From positions 1 through 64,000 of the forward strand of contig JAAILG010000007.1 in NCBI GenBank assembly GCA_012026655.1: a stretch of DNA of 64,000 nucleotides, given 5' to 3'. The DNA comes from Hydrolagus affinis. Lineage: Eukaryota. Each line of letters begins with the position of its first letter. Within the stretch, counting starts at the first letter, position 1. Under the pieces are notes generated by a model. It did no database searches. It saw only the letters and a program-made list of their open reading frames with translations, and had not been told where the DNA came from. Both the position numbers and the translations under genes were made by a program. Positions 1-12,700 of the stretch are shown piece by piece.

Positions 1-133
1 ACAGGTCTATTAGGCTATGGGGAGCGGGCAGGGCAGTGGGATTGAATCGCTCTTTTGAAAGAGCCGGCACAGACTAGATGGGCCGAATGGCCTCCTTTTG
101 TGCCGTAAAATTCTATGATTCTATGATTCTATG
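1..133 (+). mobile_element. CR1-type LINE 3' end
   Basis: GGGCCGAATGGCCTCC hairpin and (ATTCTATG)n tail; near-identical copy at 9320-9426. Confidence 0.8.
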
Positions 134-3100
134 TACGCTTTGCTCCCAGCTGGGGTCAGAATGAAGAGCAGGAATCTTGGCTGCTGCTGTTTTTCATTCG
201 CTGCCTAACCCAGAGATGCTAATGCCAATTATAGTTCCTTTGATATCACACCAACAGATCTGCTAAGCCCATACATAGCAAGGATAGACCTGGAACCATT
301 TGTGTCTATGACTTTTAATGCCACACCATCTGGCTCATTTATCACTCCAGTCAAGAAAAGCGAATGAGGTGACTGATACTGTATGTAGGTTTACCTTTTG
401 GGTTACTCAATAATAATGATATCTGTTGAGAAAATCTTCAAATGTGTCATTAACTTGCTAGCTACTGAAAACTATTGTATATTCCATAGACTAGACTTAG
501 GAAACACTTTTTTCTTATCAGAATCGTGTCCTTATTAAACAGCAACATACTTGCAATGTAAATAAATAAATAATAATTTAGTCACTCAATCCACGACTGT
601 TAGTGAAACACTGCTGTGTGCAATTGGCTGCCGCCTTTTGTCCACATGATACTGTATACAGTCAATTCACTTTATAGCACATTCTATGAAGTGCTTTGAG
701 ACTTCTTGAAGTGTGATAAGGCGCTATAACAAGTGCACGGATTATTATTACTATAAACTGGTGTATCCAACTCGCCTTCCCTTGGCTTTTGAGTAATGAT
801 GCGGTAACTGATCAAAGAGTGGAATGTAGGAATGAACATTGGCTGTGGCGCACTGCCTTTCACTGTTTTAACACAGCATCTTATTATATAGGTGTTAAAC
901 AACAATGCCCACAGAACATTTTTGAGACTCGATAGTCTTGTTCTTGTACTTGTAATTCTTTTGAAATTTGAAGCAGCTGGTTGCAGTGTAGTTTTGCACG
1001 GATGCTTAATCTCCAGTGAAGAGCCAAAGAGATTCACACATAGTCAGAAGATACATTGTGGATATAATTCTAACATCTTGGAGAAGGAAAATTCAACAAA
1101 AGAAATAAAGAGTTTTTTTCCTTCACGGCAGAACAAATAACAGGAGCCTAAACTTTATGAATGATAGTGGATGAAGTGGAAATCTAGACTAACAAGGCTT
1201 GTGATCGACATTGCATTGTGGTTTACTAACTCTATTTGCGAATAAATATTTCTGCAGCTGTAAATAAATATAAGTGCAATTAGCAAAGGAGTTGATCATG
1301 ATAGCGCCATAGAGCTAAAAAGTTATCTCACTCTACAGTTTAACCTTTACTTATCTTTGATTATTATCAGCTCTGCTGGCATACCAGAAAGTAATGAAAA
1401 TAGTCATTACAAGCATTACAGTGCATCCCACTGAAGTGTTACAGAACCTTCCCTGGAGCCTTTCAGGAATGCAGACAGCTGTTCTGAATCCGAAGCATCA
1501 AGTGTGCCAAATATAAAAATGGCCTTAACCATGTCCCTCTGCTCGTGTGCTGCTTTGCTTTGAATATATTGCCTCCAATCCTATAAACATACCATACAGT
1601 TTGCTAAATGTTTAACACAATCCACCATGTTCCTTTTGTTTGTGTTGTACAAGAAAACTATGGGACAGATTGATATGGAGCATGACAAACAAATTCTGGA
1701 GGTCTAGAATTATTAAATTCCCTGCAGCAGAAATATAAAATAGACAAATGCCTTGAATAGTTCATCCACAGAATACATACGGTCATGTCACTTTATAGTA
1801 TATCCTATGAAGTTGCTTTGAGACATGTCATCTCAATTACATCAATCAATCAATCAAAATTACATTTATATAGCGCCTTTCACATCGGGAGGACGTCCCA
1901 AGGCGCTGGTCAAGTGGGGACCAGATCAGGCGGGGAGTGGTCAGGATAGGGGAAGGAAAGTAGGAAAATTGACTGTATATTTGCGGGCGAAATGCGGCAG
2001 CCAAATTATGCACAACAGTATCTCACAAACAGTTGTGGAAGTGGGGCCAGGGGAAAAGGAGGAAAAGAGGGTAAGATGGGAGAGGGAGGGAAAGGTGAGT
2101 GTGGGGGGGGCGGGGGGCGTTAAAATCAGGGCATGACATGATAAAGTGTAATATCAAATGCAAAGATTATTCTTATTAAGTAATGGAGGTCGTATTGAAC
2201 TACACAATCTTACATCTTTTGGTCTGATCAACCAGTTACTGATCTCTATATTTGGCTGTTACTTTCCAATTCTTTACACATGCCAGAAATGAAATGTATG
2301 GTTGACTTATTTTCAATCAGAAATCATATTGCGAGCAACTGATGCAATAGTCTTTGAAATGTATTCCAAGAACCTGATTATATTTTAAGTTGATGAATTC
2401 TTGGGGTTAAACCCAGTATGAAAATTTGAAATATACCCTTGATGAGAGTTAACATTTGCAGTTGGTTTCACCGCAACGGAAAGATTTTGCAACCGACATA
2501 ATCGCGGAATGACTTTAAAATGGGTTCTCATTCCTCAAATAGGGCTTTTTAAATGCTACAGAATGATATTCATCGATGTGCTTACCTTTCTCAGGATAGT
2601 TGATCCTATCAGAGTTCTGCTCAGCAACCTTAAACGCGCAAAGATTAACTTATAACAGCAATTTACATTTATGTATCACCTTTCAGTATTGGGAGAATAT
2701 TCTCAAAGTGCTTCATTCACCTGAGCTTGTAGAAATAGCTGGAGCAGGAGTACGGTGTTGTGGGTGTGGGTGGCGGGGGTGGTGTGTGGTTGAATATGGG
2801 GAAATGAGGCCAAGCTGAAGTGTTTGCTGTGAGACTATAAGAGGTCATAGAGGTAGAGTGGGGCAAGACTCTTGGCGCTTAAAAGTAATCTTTAAAAGAG
2901 GATGAACGGGATGAAATTACCATAGAAATTCAAATTAAGGATTAAATGCATGATGTACTTCAACCAGGTCCGTAGAAAAACCCAGGGAACGGGACACAGC
3001 TGCCTTAACTACTGGAAACTGGATCGTGTGTTCCCTTGCTCTGGCAAACGGAGAAATGCGGTAAGATAAAATGGTGTCGTTGACATATTATTAGCAGCGC

Positions 3101-5477
3101 TGCAGTATCCGTGATGACAAAAATGGAAAATGCCTCTGATAACCCATCACTGCATCCACTGACCCAGTTGGAAGAAATGCTATTTCGGGTATCCCTGTTG
3201 TGCTGCTGACACGTAATGAAGTTTTATTGTAAATAATGAAAACTGTTGATTAAATAGCCCTTAAATATCATCACAGAAGACATGGAAAACCTGCACACTG
3301 AAGTCAGAAGCTGTGGTATTTGTCAGCGCGTGTACATTAACCTTGAAATAAGAGTATTAATAATAATCCTTACATTTGATACAGTGCTTTTCTCGTCTTA
3401 TAGATGTCTCAAGGAATATACTGTAAAGCGAATTGACTGTATAATTGAGGGCAAAACGCTGTTGCACTTAATTTACATCTAAACAAGAGAAAGTGCCCAG
3501 AACGGTACAGTGTGGTGGGTCGAATACAATGCGCGTTGTCATGGTAACAGAATTTGTTTTCAAATTGCAGTCGAGTTGATTTAAAATACAAGGCGCTTGT
3601 AGGTAGCATTCATTCAAAAGCAATTTGAAGCCATGATTGTTACTTATAAACGAAACTGGTTGTTGCTCTCTGAACAAACCTCCGTCAGTGTCTGGCGTTT
3701 AGGAAAGCTCGCGATTCAGCCCAACTTCTTTTTGTTATCCCAACAGAGATCCATTTGGTTTACGTGGGTTGAGATGTAGCGCAATGATCTTCAACGATCA
3801 ACTCAAGAGCCTTATAACGAGGCCATAGATATTCTTCCCATTGTCATATTCCATTGTGTCAAGCCGTGAGCGTGCCCGGAAGACATGTAACTGTGTGCTA
3901 TTTCACCACATTGTGTTAATAAGGGAATTCTAAAACTGTGACAAGCGCCCACAATAGTTCAGCTCGTGTTTCCAATGGTTTGACATGCAGAGAAACTGGG
4001 AAGAGGCACATGTCATAATTTCACCCACTTGATGTTTTTCGTTGTTGCCTAAACCGTGTCTCCAAATTACTTTAATGGCAATTACCGTCCTATCAAACGT
4101 AATAATATTATCATGAAATTATGTGTTCACTTTTGTCAGTCCATCCTGATGGATTTTATGAAGCACCTTTCCAAGGTTATATTAGCCAGCTTTGTATAAA
4201 TGCTATCGATTGTCAAACACCTCTGTAATTCAATCCTGAAATCGGCTTCGGTGCAACTATTTTGTTTAACAAATTCTGCTGCCTGAGCTATTTGAAGATG
4301 ATAATGTAATGTGTATTCAATAAGCACTTTGAATCATGTCAAGTTTGACTAACAAGTGAGCAATAGAGAAATCTCGATTGTTTAATGAACAGTAGACATT
4401 CTCCAGATCCGAAAGTGTTTGCTCGTTGATTTTTGCTCTTTCATCATTTCAATACATAATATGTATACAACAACAATAGCAACAAAATTACACTTGTATA
4501 GCGCCTTTCACGTCAGGAGAACGTCCCAAGGCGCTGGACAGTCATTGGTTCAGACCTGAGCTGGGATCAGTGGAGGGAAAGGGGTGACCGATGGGACCAT
4601 CGAACAGGAGGGTCTTGAGGTGGGACTTGCAGGAGGCTAGGGAGGAGGCGAGGTGGAGGGACTGTGGGATGGAAGAAGACATGGTACAGGCTTTCATTAA
4701 TAAATGTTTTGTTCTGCTGCATGTATCCAATGATACCAGCAGTAGTTTTCAGTTAACACAGCAGCCATAATGACTGCAATACATTTATTTCTGAGTGTTA
4801 AGTAACAAGAAAACGGGTGCGGTAGTTTAACTGTAAATTTCAAGATGCGATATTACTTTGCAGCAATATCTTGAAATAGCTTTTTAACATAATTGTTTTT
4901 TGGGAGGGAGAATCTTTTGCTTATGAATTGCCGGATATTGGTGCTGAAGAATGAAACGGTTTGGCATTTAGTGCTAATTCGCACAGGCCAGATAGAGTGA
5001 GGTGAGATTTAGAAACATCCTAGATAGCTCAGCACATTGGACATGGGACCAAAAGGTTCAAATCCTGAGGATTCCACTCAAGCCTTCATGCAGATTGATA
5101 AATACCAAGTACTGTTTCCCTAAGCGATGATAAGTGAAGGCTTTTGGGGTTCTTGATTCATATTTTGCATGCAACAACAAGATTAACAAAACTTCCCTTG
5201 TAAAAACCCTCAAACCATCTATCAAATTGTTGTTGTTGTTCAACTAGCTCTGAAGAGATTCTTCTTACAAGCTCCTGAGTATTTCAATGTGTTTGTGATA
5301 CCTTTCTGTCTTGGAGGTGTGTACATGTGCTTAGCTTTTAGGTTCATAATTCCTAGGCCAAACCCATTTTATTTTGGTACATTCATTCCATCAATTTGAC
5401 CTAAGTACAAGTTCCAGTAGTAAAGCAACAGTGGATTAATCCAGTTCATCACCCAACCCCTGCAAATATTTTTTTTA

Positions 5478-6601
5478 CTAAAAATAGACATTATTTGCTA
5501 CTTCATGCTTTTCAAAGAAACATTGACATTAATCAAGTAACATAGATTGAGTTGTTGGTTGACTAAATTGGTGTAGATAAATTTGACTGTGTTGAGTAGA
5601 ACTAAATGCAATGTGTTGAGGTTTATAAATCCAAGTGGCATCTGATCACGAAGACAAGAGTTCTCCACTTTTCCAAACAGATGGTTCCTAAGTCACTCCA
5701 CAGCCCAAAGCTGCCTTTGATTTGCATCGATTTTAGTGCTACTTGTTCAGCTGTTTATTTTGTGGTAATAGAGCAGCTACACGTACCACTGACTGCAATG
5801 TGCAGGAGATCAACATTATTTAAGTATGAATGTAGCTCAAAGTTAAAATTGTTTAAACCACTCCTTTACATTTTGTCTTTGGTCGTGAAGGGAAACCGCC
5901 CTAATATATGTAACCTCTGAAGTCCTATATTCATATGAAGCAGTGAATTTGAAAGAAAACCATAGAATTTGTTTCCGTTATACATAGAGAGGAAACTAGT
6001 GTGCTCCTGTTCATGGCTTGCTTGTGAATTACCATGTGTTTACTTTTAGAGCCTAATGTTGCAATAAATAATTTTCCTAAGTTTTCCTAAGCGTTTCATG
6101 TCGCCTCGTAACCTCAATGTGGCGTTCGGTTACGCTTCCATTGAAAAGAAACTTTTGCAAAAATGAAAACCTGGAAGCTATTTAGTCGCTTTCTGTTTAT
6201 ATCTCGACTGTGGGAAGAATTGTGTTATTTTTAATTAAGTGGTTGTTTCCATTTGCTCGTCCAAGGTCAGATAAATGTTATTTTGTGAGAACATTTCATG
6301 TTGAGTTTCTTTGCTGATAATGAAGTAGAACTAGCAGATTAATGCTATCAGAGTAGGGTGTGTGTATGTGTGTGTGTCAGCTCTCCAAGCCAGTGATACA
6401 ACACTGCGCCTTGTCTATTTTTAACTGACTGCTCTGTACTGTGGAAATCCAGCCAGTTTTAGCTGAGCCCTTTTCCTGAATACATGTTCACAAGTGAGCA
6501 GTGCAGCTTTATTGTGTTTTGTTTCTTGCTCAGCAGTTTCCCATTCACGTTCAGCTGGAACTTCTGTCCGTGGAATTATTCGATCGACAGAGCAAGAGAC
6601 C
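5478..6601 (+). promoter_or_regulatory. Candidate CCDC141 promoter / 5'UTR with MEF2 sites
   Basis: MEF2 consensus at 5478, 6225 and 6415; CAGCTG at 5748 and 6552; free of the SINE/LINE fragments seen elsewhere. Confidence 0.4.
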
Positions 6602-6703
6602 ATGTCCCGTCAAAGTGATGCCAGAGGTCAGCCTTCAGCAACAACAATTAGCACTGTTGCTGTACAAACAGGAGACTCAAGGATTGTTGTAGCTGTACTA
6701 AAG
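6602..6703 (+). CDS. CCDC141: CCDC141 coding exon 1 (MSRQSD...VAVLK), GC donor
   Basis: ATG at 6602 in ACCATG context; 34 codons; AAG|GCAAGT donor. Confidence 0.92.
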
Positions 6704-9700
6704 GCAAGTTTACTTTTTTTCCAACCAAATCTCACTATTCTTTAACTAGCTTGCTTGGTAGAGAACTGAACATGGCCTTCCTTGTCCTATGTTTACTTTA
6801 CAGCTAAAATCTCTGTCAATGTAGAAAGTCTTTGTGGTTTTTGCACTTCAAAGAAACTTTTCAAAGGTTTGATTCAGGTGGCTTTATAGCATTAAGGACA
6901 GTTCTGCTTTGGTTACGTGTACAAAATAAAAGTGCGCTTGCTTAACAATCTTCGAAGGTGTCCATCAAACTTTGTTTTTATGTTTTCCCCCTTCAGTCCG
7001 GGAAATGTGTGGAACTACAATTGGCTGACTCAGTACCGAACCTGCTTGAAATTGGCAACAATGCAGATGAGAATCGGAAGCTACTGAATGATCATGAGAT
7101 CCTTCTTGCCAAGCTCAAGGTACAACTTGCGTCTCAATAGCCAACAAGCAATAAGTTGTCAACTTTTCAAGTTAAGAATCAATATACTGCTTGTCTGTAG
7201 GGGTGGGAATGTGCTTATCAAAGGGTCTTGTGACACTTGGAACTGTGGAGATTTGTATGTTCAGGCCTGCAGTGGTATGTCGCAGTTGACCATTGACTCC
7301 TTTGACCCCTATGCTGACGTTAGATTTGACAGCAATGCTCAGAGTGTTTGTAATCAATCTTAACTGGTACACAACAAATTGTGTTTTGACAATCACATAG
7401 TGAAACTTTTAGCCTGTTGCTGTGTAAGAATTCTGAATTCTAAAGTTGCTGAATTATCCTTCCTCCCCCACATCCGCGCCATGACCAGCACTGCCTTCCA
7501 CCACCTCTGTAGCATTGCCAGATTCCGCCACTGCCTCACTAATGTCTGGTTGTCATCTTGTATATTTTGTAACTCAATATCGGTCATAAAGAGTTCAAAG
7601 ACTTAAACTTTCACATGATATCTCATCCAAATTATAGCACGTCAATTTAGAGCAAGGATAATTAGGTAATTTTTAAAAAATGGGTGAACACAATGGAATA
7701 TGCAGTTGACATGGAAATCCAGTAAACATTTCAACACTGACGCATGCACTTTAGTGGGAGTACAAAGGGCAGGAAAACTGTCTGTTTCCATTGACAGGGT
7801 GAGTTTAGCACGGATCCTTGCATTACCGTCACTTTCAATCAGTAAAGTGTGCGGTCACAATCTCACTACATTTCCTTTGGTGACAAATGACCATTATGCA
7901 GAGCTGCTGATCTCCAGTTTCTCCTTTAAAGTCATACAATTTGTTTACCTGTCGCATTATCGAGACACCGATTGCAGGACAGCTTCATTTAATTGGAACC
8001 CATCAACTGGAACACTTTCATAAAGGCAGCAATTAGTATAGATAAGAATAAATGGTACCTGATTTCAATAATGTCCATGGACAAGAGATGATTTGAACAA
8101 GGTGGGCAGATAATGCGAGAGAAGAGACTTGATATGCTATTTGGGACCAGTGCTCAGGCAACAGGTACCAGATAGATTAATGATGTTTGTGCATGGGAGG
8201 AGGAGATAGAACTTCACCGCAAGGCCTGTGGGCAGGAGACAGAGAATCACCACAGGCACTGAGAGAAAGAGACGGAACAACTCCACAGGGAATGTGATCA
8301 GCAGGCAGGGTAACACCGAATGTTATAATTTAAACAAAATGCCAACATAACTTATTTACAGCTTCATTTCTTTAGAGGTTTTTTTCCCGTGAGTGAAAGC
8401 ATTTAAGTTCTGGGGTCGGAGGAGAGATTCGTTTTGAATTTGTCTCTCATTTTAATTCATCTCGTTTCACCCACAAATATACAGTCCGCTTTATAGTTTA
8501 TTCTGTGAATGAGACATCGATAAGATGTGAAAAGCGCTATATCAAATGCAAGGATTATTATTATTATTATTATCTTAATTTGATTCTGTTTTGTTTGTCA
8601 ATCATCTTCTTTTACGAATTCTGTGAGCAGAGCAAAGCTATGATCAGGGAACTGCAGGAATTCTGTCTTGCCTCCAGACAGTGTTTGTTTCCTCACTAAT
8701 ACTAATCGCATTGGGATTTTATTACTATTATTTTTACATTACTATTTTGAAATGAACTTCGGAGACGTCAGGATAAATCCTCTTAACTCCTATCAATTAT
8801 CTTGCTGCTTGCAAAGGGTTGAGTTGGCTCCAGGGAGGATCCACCGAACTTCTGTTCCCAGAGCTTCACTTCTCTTGCCAGAAATGTTGTGGGCACTGGC
8901 AATAGATCTGAGCCACAGTTATACATACAAGACAACTTGCTTGGAGTCATTAAACAACAATTTGCACTTATATAGCATACACCACGCACAGTAGTGTCTC
9001 AGAGCGCTTAACAGTAATGGAGCCTGATTCCGAGCTGGGGTGGTGATGGGGAGGTGGTAGGTAACCAAATGCCCAGTCGGAAAGGAAGGTTTTTCTGGTG
9101 GGACTTGGAAAAAGGGGAGAGAGTGGGGTAAGGTGGAGGGATTGAGGGAGAGTGTTCAACAGTTTTGGGGCGCACAGAGGCTGACAACACGACCTCCGAT
9201 GGTGAAGCGTAGGGTGCGAAGGACAAGTAAGAGGCTGGTGCCAGTCGAGCACAGAGTGTACTGTAATTTGCTTTGCAGTATATTCTGTGAAACGCTTTGA
9301 AACATCTCTGTTAGGTGATGGGGAAAGAGCGGGGCAGTGGGATTGAGTTGCTCTTTTCAAAGAGCCGGCACAGACTAGATGGGCCGAATGGCCTCCTTTT
9401 GCGCCGTAAAATTCTGTGATTCTATGATCTCGAAGTCATGTTGAGGCGCCATATCAAATGCAAGGATTATTATTATTATTATCATCATGCACGCTTAATA
9501 AGGTTCATCTTCAAGAGATTTTGCAGCTGGGATAGCATTCATTTCCTCCAAGTGGTAACGGCTGTCCTTTTGGTCACAGTGGAGTTTTATGGTGTTTTGA
9601 ATCTCCGCAGCAGCAGGAGGTGGAGGCAGAGAATGCAGCCTCGCATCAGGTCCTTATGTTGTCATCTGATCATTATGAAGAGGGATGGCATAGCTGTGCA

Positions 9701-12700
9701 TGACCACTCGGGTGTATGGAAAGCTGGTATCTGATTTACCAGCTTCCTGTGTTACCATTATACTTTCTACCTACTGAAAATAGTGATGGATACTTAGCAT
9801 TTAGCAATACTCTACAGTACACTGTTGCCTGATGAACTGTGTGGATTCTGTCGACTATATTTCTATATTTTATAAGTTCTCTCTCAAGCCTGAATCTTCA
9901 CGCCTTCTCTGTCTTATCTTACGCCTTCATGAGAGTACACTTGCCCCTAACTCCCATTTCACTTGTCAACTAACTCCTCTTTTTCCCAGTTTATAACAAT
10001 AGTAAACCTTGCATTTGATATAGTGCTGTTCACATTTTCTAGAAAGTGAACTGACTGCATGTTTGTGGGTGAAACATGACAGCCTTGGACAACAGTGTCT
10101 TACAAACAGTCATGAATTGAGTGACCCAAAAGGTCTTTTTTTTTTCCGTGATTGTTACTGAGCTACAGGACTCCACACGTTATACATTATGTGGCTCCTT
10201 CAACGGTCTACACTTGTCTCTTGTTCAATTTGTTGCATTGCAAGACAGAGTGGTAACTATTCCGGTAACCCTTCACTGGTGTATTTTAGAAATTTTCATC
10301 TCCTCGTTCCCTCTTTCTTACTGTAGCAATTTCTTGTGGATTCTCGTGCCCATTTAGAAAAGTCTTCTTTAGTTTTTATCGTGTTGTCTATTTCAGCTGG
10401 TCGCTTTCACATTGGGCTTTCTCAAGCTTTGGAACTTTATACCCTCTCACATCCATACACTCTTGCCCACTTTCATGGATTGGAGCTGTCAATGACAGAA
10501 CTCACATCATAACATAACTAGATTACTATTACGTAATCCAGCCAGCTAGCTAGGGTAAACTTTTTGTCCAAGGTTTCATTGTCCAGACTTTTGCTTCCAA
10601 AAGAAATAATGAAACAGGTTTCCATCCACAAACTCAAGACAATTATTTATATAGTTCAGATCCTGACTCGGTCAGTCCTCAGGGTACCATTAAGACACAG
10701 TGATTCAATCACTTTGTATAAAAAATCAGTATAACAATATAGCTCTTGCTATCATTTAGTTTCCATTGTTTTATTGTTTCATTTCTCATTGGCTTTTCAC
10801 AGTTTTGTCTGCTCTCTAGGTTTTTTCCCAAAAATAATACTGGAAAGACAGCTTTCTACAATCAATATAAAATATGTGCAACTGGCTACAGCATTTTGCC
10901 CACAAAAATACAGTCACTCCACTTTATAATATATTTTGTGAAGTGCTTTGGGATGTTGTGATGTGATAATGCACTATATCAAATACAAGGAATATTACTA
11001 TTATTACAGCTGACTTTATCTAGAATTTTAATGTCTTTTTTGCACAAAAAGTTAAACATGGGCAGAGAAGATAATAAATATAATAATAATAATACTGGCA
11101 TTTGATATGGTGCCTTATCACATAGTTGAGACATCTCAAAGTGAGTGATTGTGTGTTGTGTGAGCAAGTCACAGCAGCCACAAAATACCACAAATTGTAT
11201 TCACCAGATCTTCTAAAGACATGTGAATTAGGAGCAATGTATTTTAAGACTCTGGTATGTTTATGGAGATTAAATACATAGCAGCAAGCAGCAGCGGCAG
11301 CTGGGAGAGGAGTGGTGCTGCTGCTTCCCGTGTGGCTATGCAGTCTACCAGTAAACCTTCTCTTATTATTTCATTGCAAGACAAAATCCAGTTTGATTTA
11401 TTCACAATATAACTTGTCGTTAGGTTGTTCCAGCTATTATCACTCGTGCTTCTGAGTCAGAAGGTTGTGGGTTTGAGCCCAATACAAACTCACAGCCTAG
11501 CCTAACATTGGCGTATTTACAAAGGGAGTGTTGCATTGTTGGAGGTTCTGTACTTCAATGGAAACGTTAACCCAAGTTCCTGTCCGCTCATTCAAACAGA
11601 TGATAAAGATCTGCTGGTACTGTTTCAAAGAAGAAAAGGGAGTTCTGCTATCCTGGCCAATATTCCTCCTTAATCTAAAATTAGTAAATTTTCATTGCTG
11701 AGTAGAAAATGAGGGACAGTATAAAAATCATATCGCCCTCAAACATCACAGTATATTCTGTGAAGCGATTTGAGAGATGTCGACAGCAAAAGATGCTATA
11801 TCAAATGCAAGGATTACTATTATACAGTATTATAATATATATGTTTGGTACAAAAACTTGATGTAATGTTTTTTTTCTACAATATGACTGTTTGCATTAC
11901 TTTGAGAAAAACATTTCTGTATGCCTATCTTATTGGAAATATTCATGTGCAATGGGACAAAAACCAAACCGAGAAATAAAACTTTTGGTTGAAACAAATA
12001 ATAATTTTGTTAATTTTGGGGTGTATGTTAAAAATGTTGTGCATTAAACCAAACTGAAAATAAACTATATCAAAAAATTATAATGAATCCCAATGTTCGT
12101 AGACTATATCATAAGTGATTGATGAAGGTTTACAACCATTCTCTGCAGCTTGCTTGGGTAAGCTCCTTTAACGCACAGCATGAGTCCTTGGAAATTAATG
12201 CAAAGTGTATATTTTACAGGTTACCATGATTTATCTAGGCAGCATTTGGAATTTCTGTTGACTACAGTTACAAACTGATACAAATTCAACACAGTTGATC
12301 ATTAGACCATTTTGAGATCTGGAATGCTATCCCGCGTGAAGGGGTAGCATTCTAAGTGCAGTGCATGTTGTTGTTGTTGAGATGTCTGAATAATCCATCA
12401 CTGGTCCCATTTAAAATGATCCAGCAATATAATATTGACTATTCCTTTAACTTGCTCTATTTCTGGTCATTGGGAGTTGAACAAGCAGCTTGAAATGTTC
12501 ATTGAGCTAAACTACAGCGCAATCGTTTCTAAATGACATCCCTTAAACACTTCTACCTTTCAGTATCGAAAAAATTGTTGGCAACTTTATTGCAATTAGT
12601 TGGTGGTGTGTTTAGCTTAAAGCCTCCTATTGCAACCATCCCTTTGAGATTGTGTGGTTGCACTTCTTTTCAAACAGTTTTGCAACTTAGCAGCTTTGAT

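Noticed and set aside
684-5920. Short ORFs upstream of CCDC141 and a possible SESTD1 3' end
   Set aside because: No recognisable protein similarity or consistent splice pattern; several ORFs overlap SINE/L2 fragments. I could not identify any SESTD1 coding exon.
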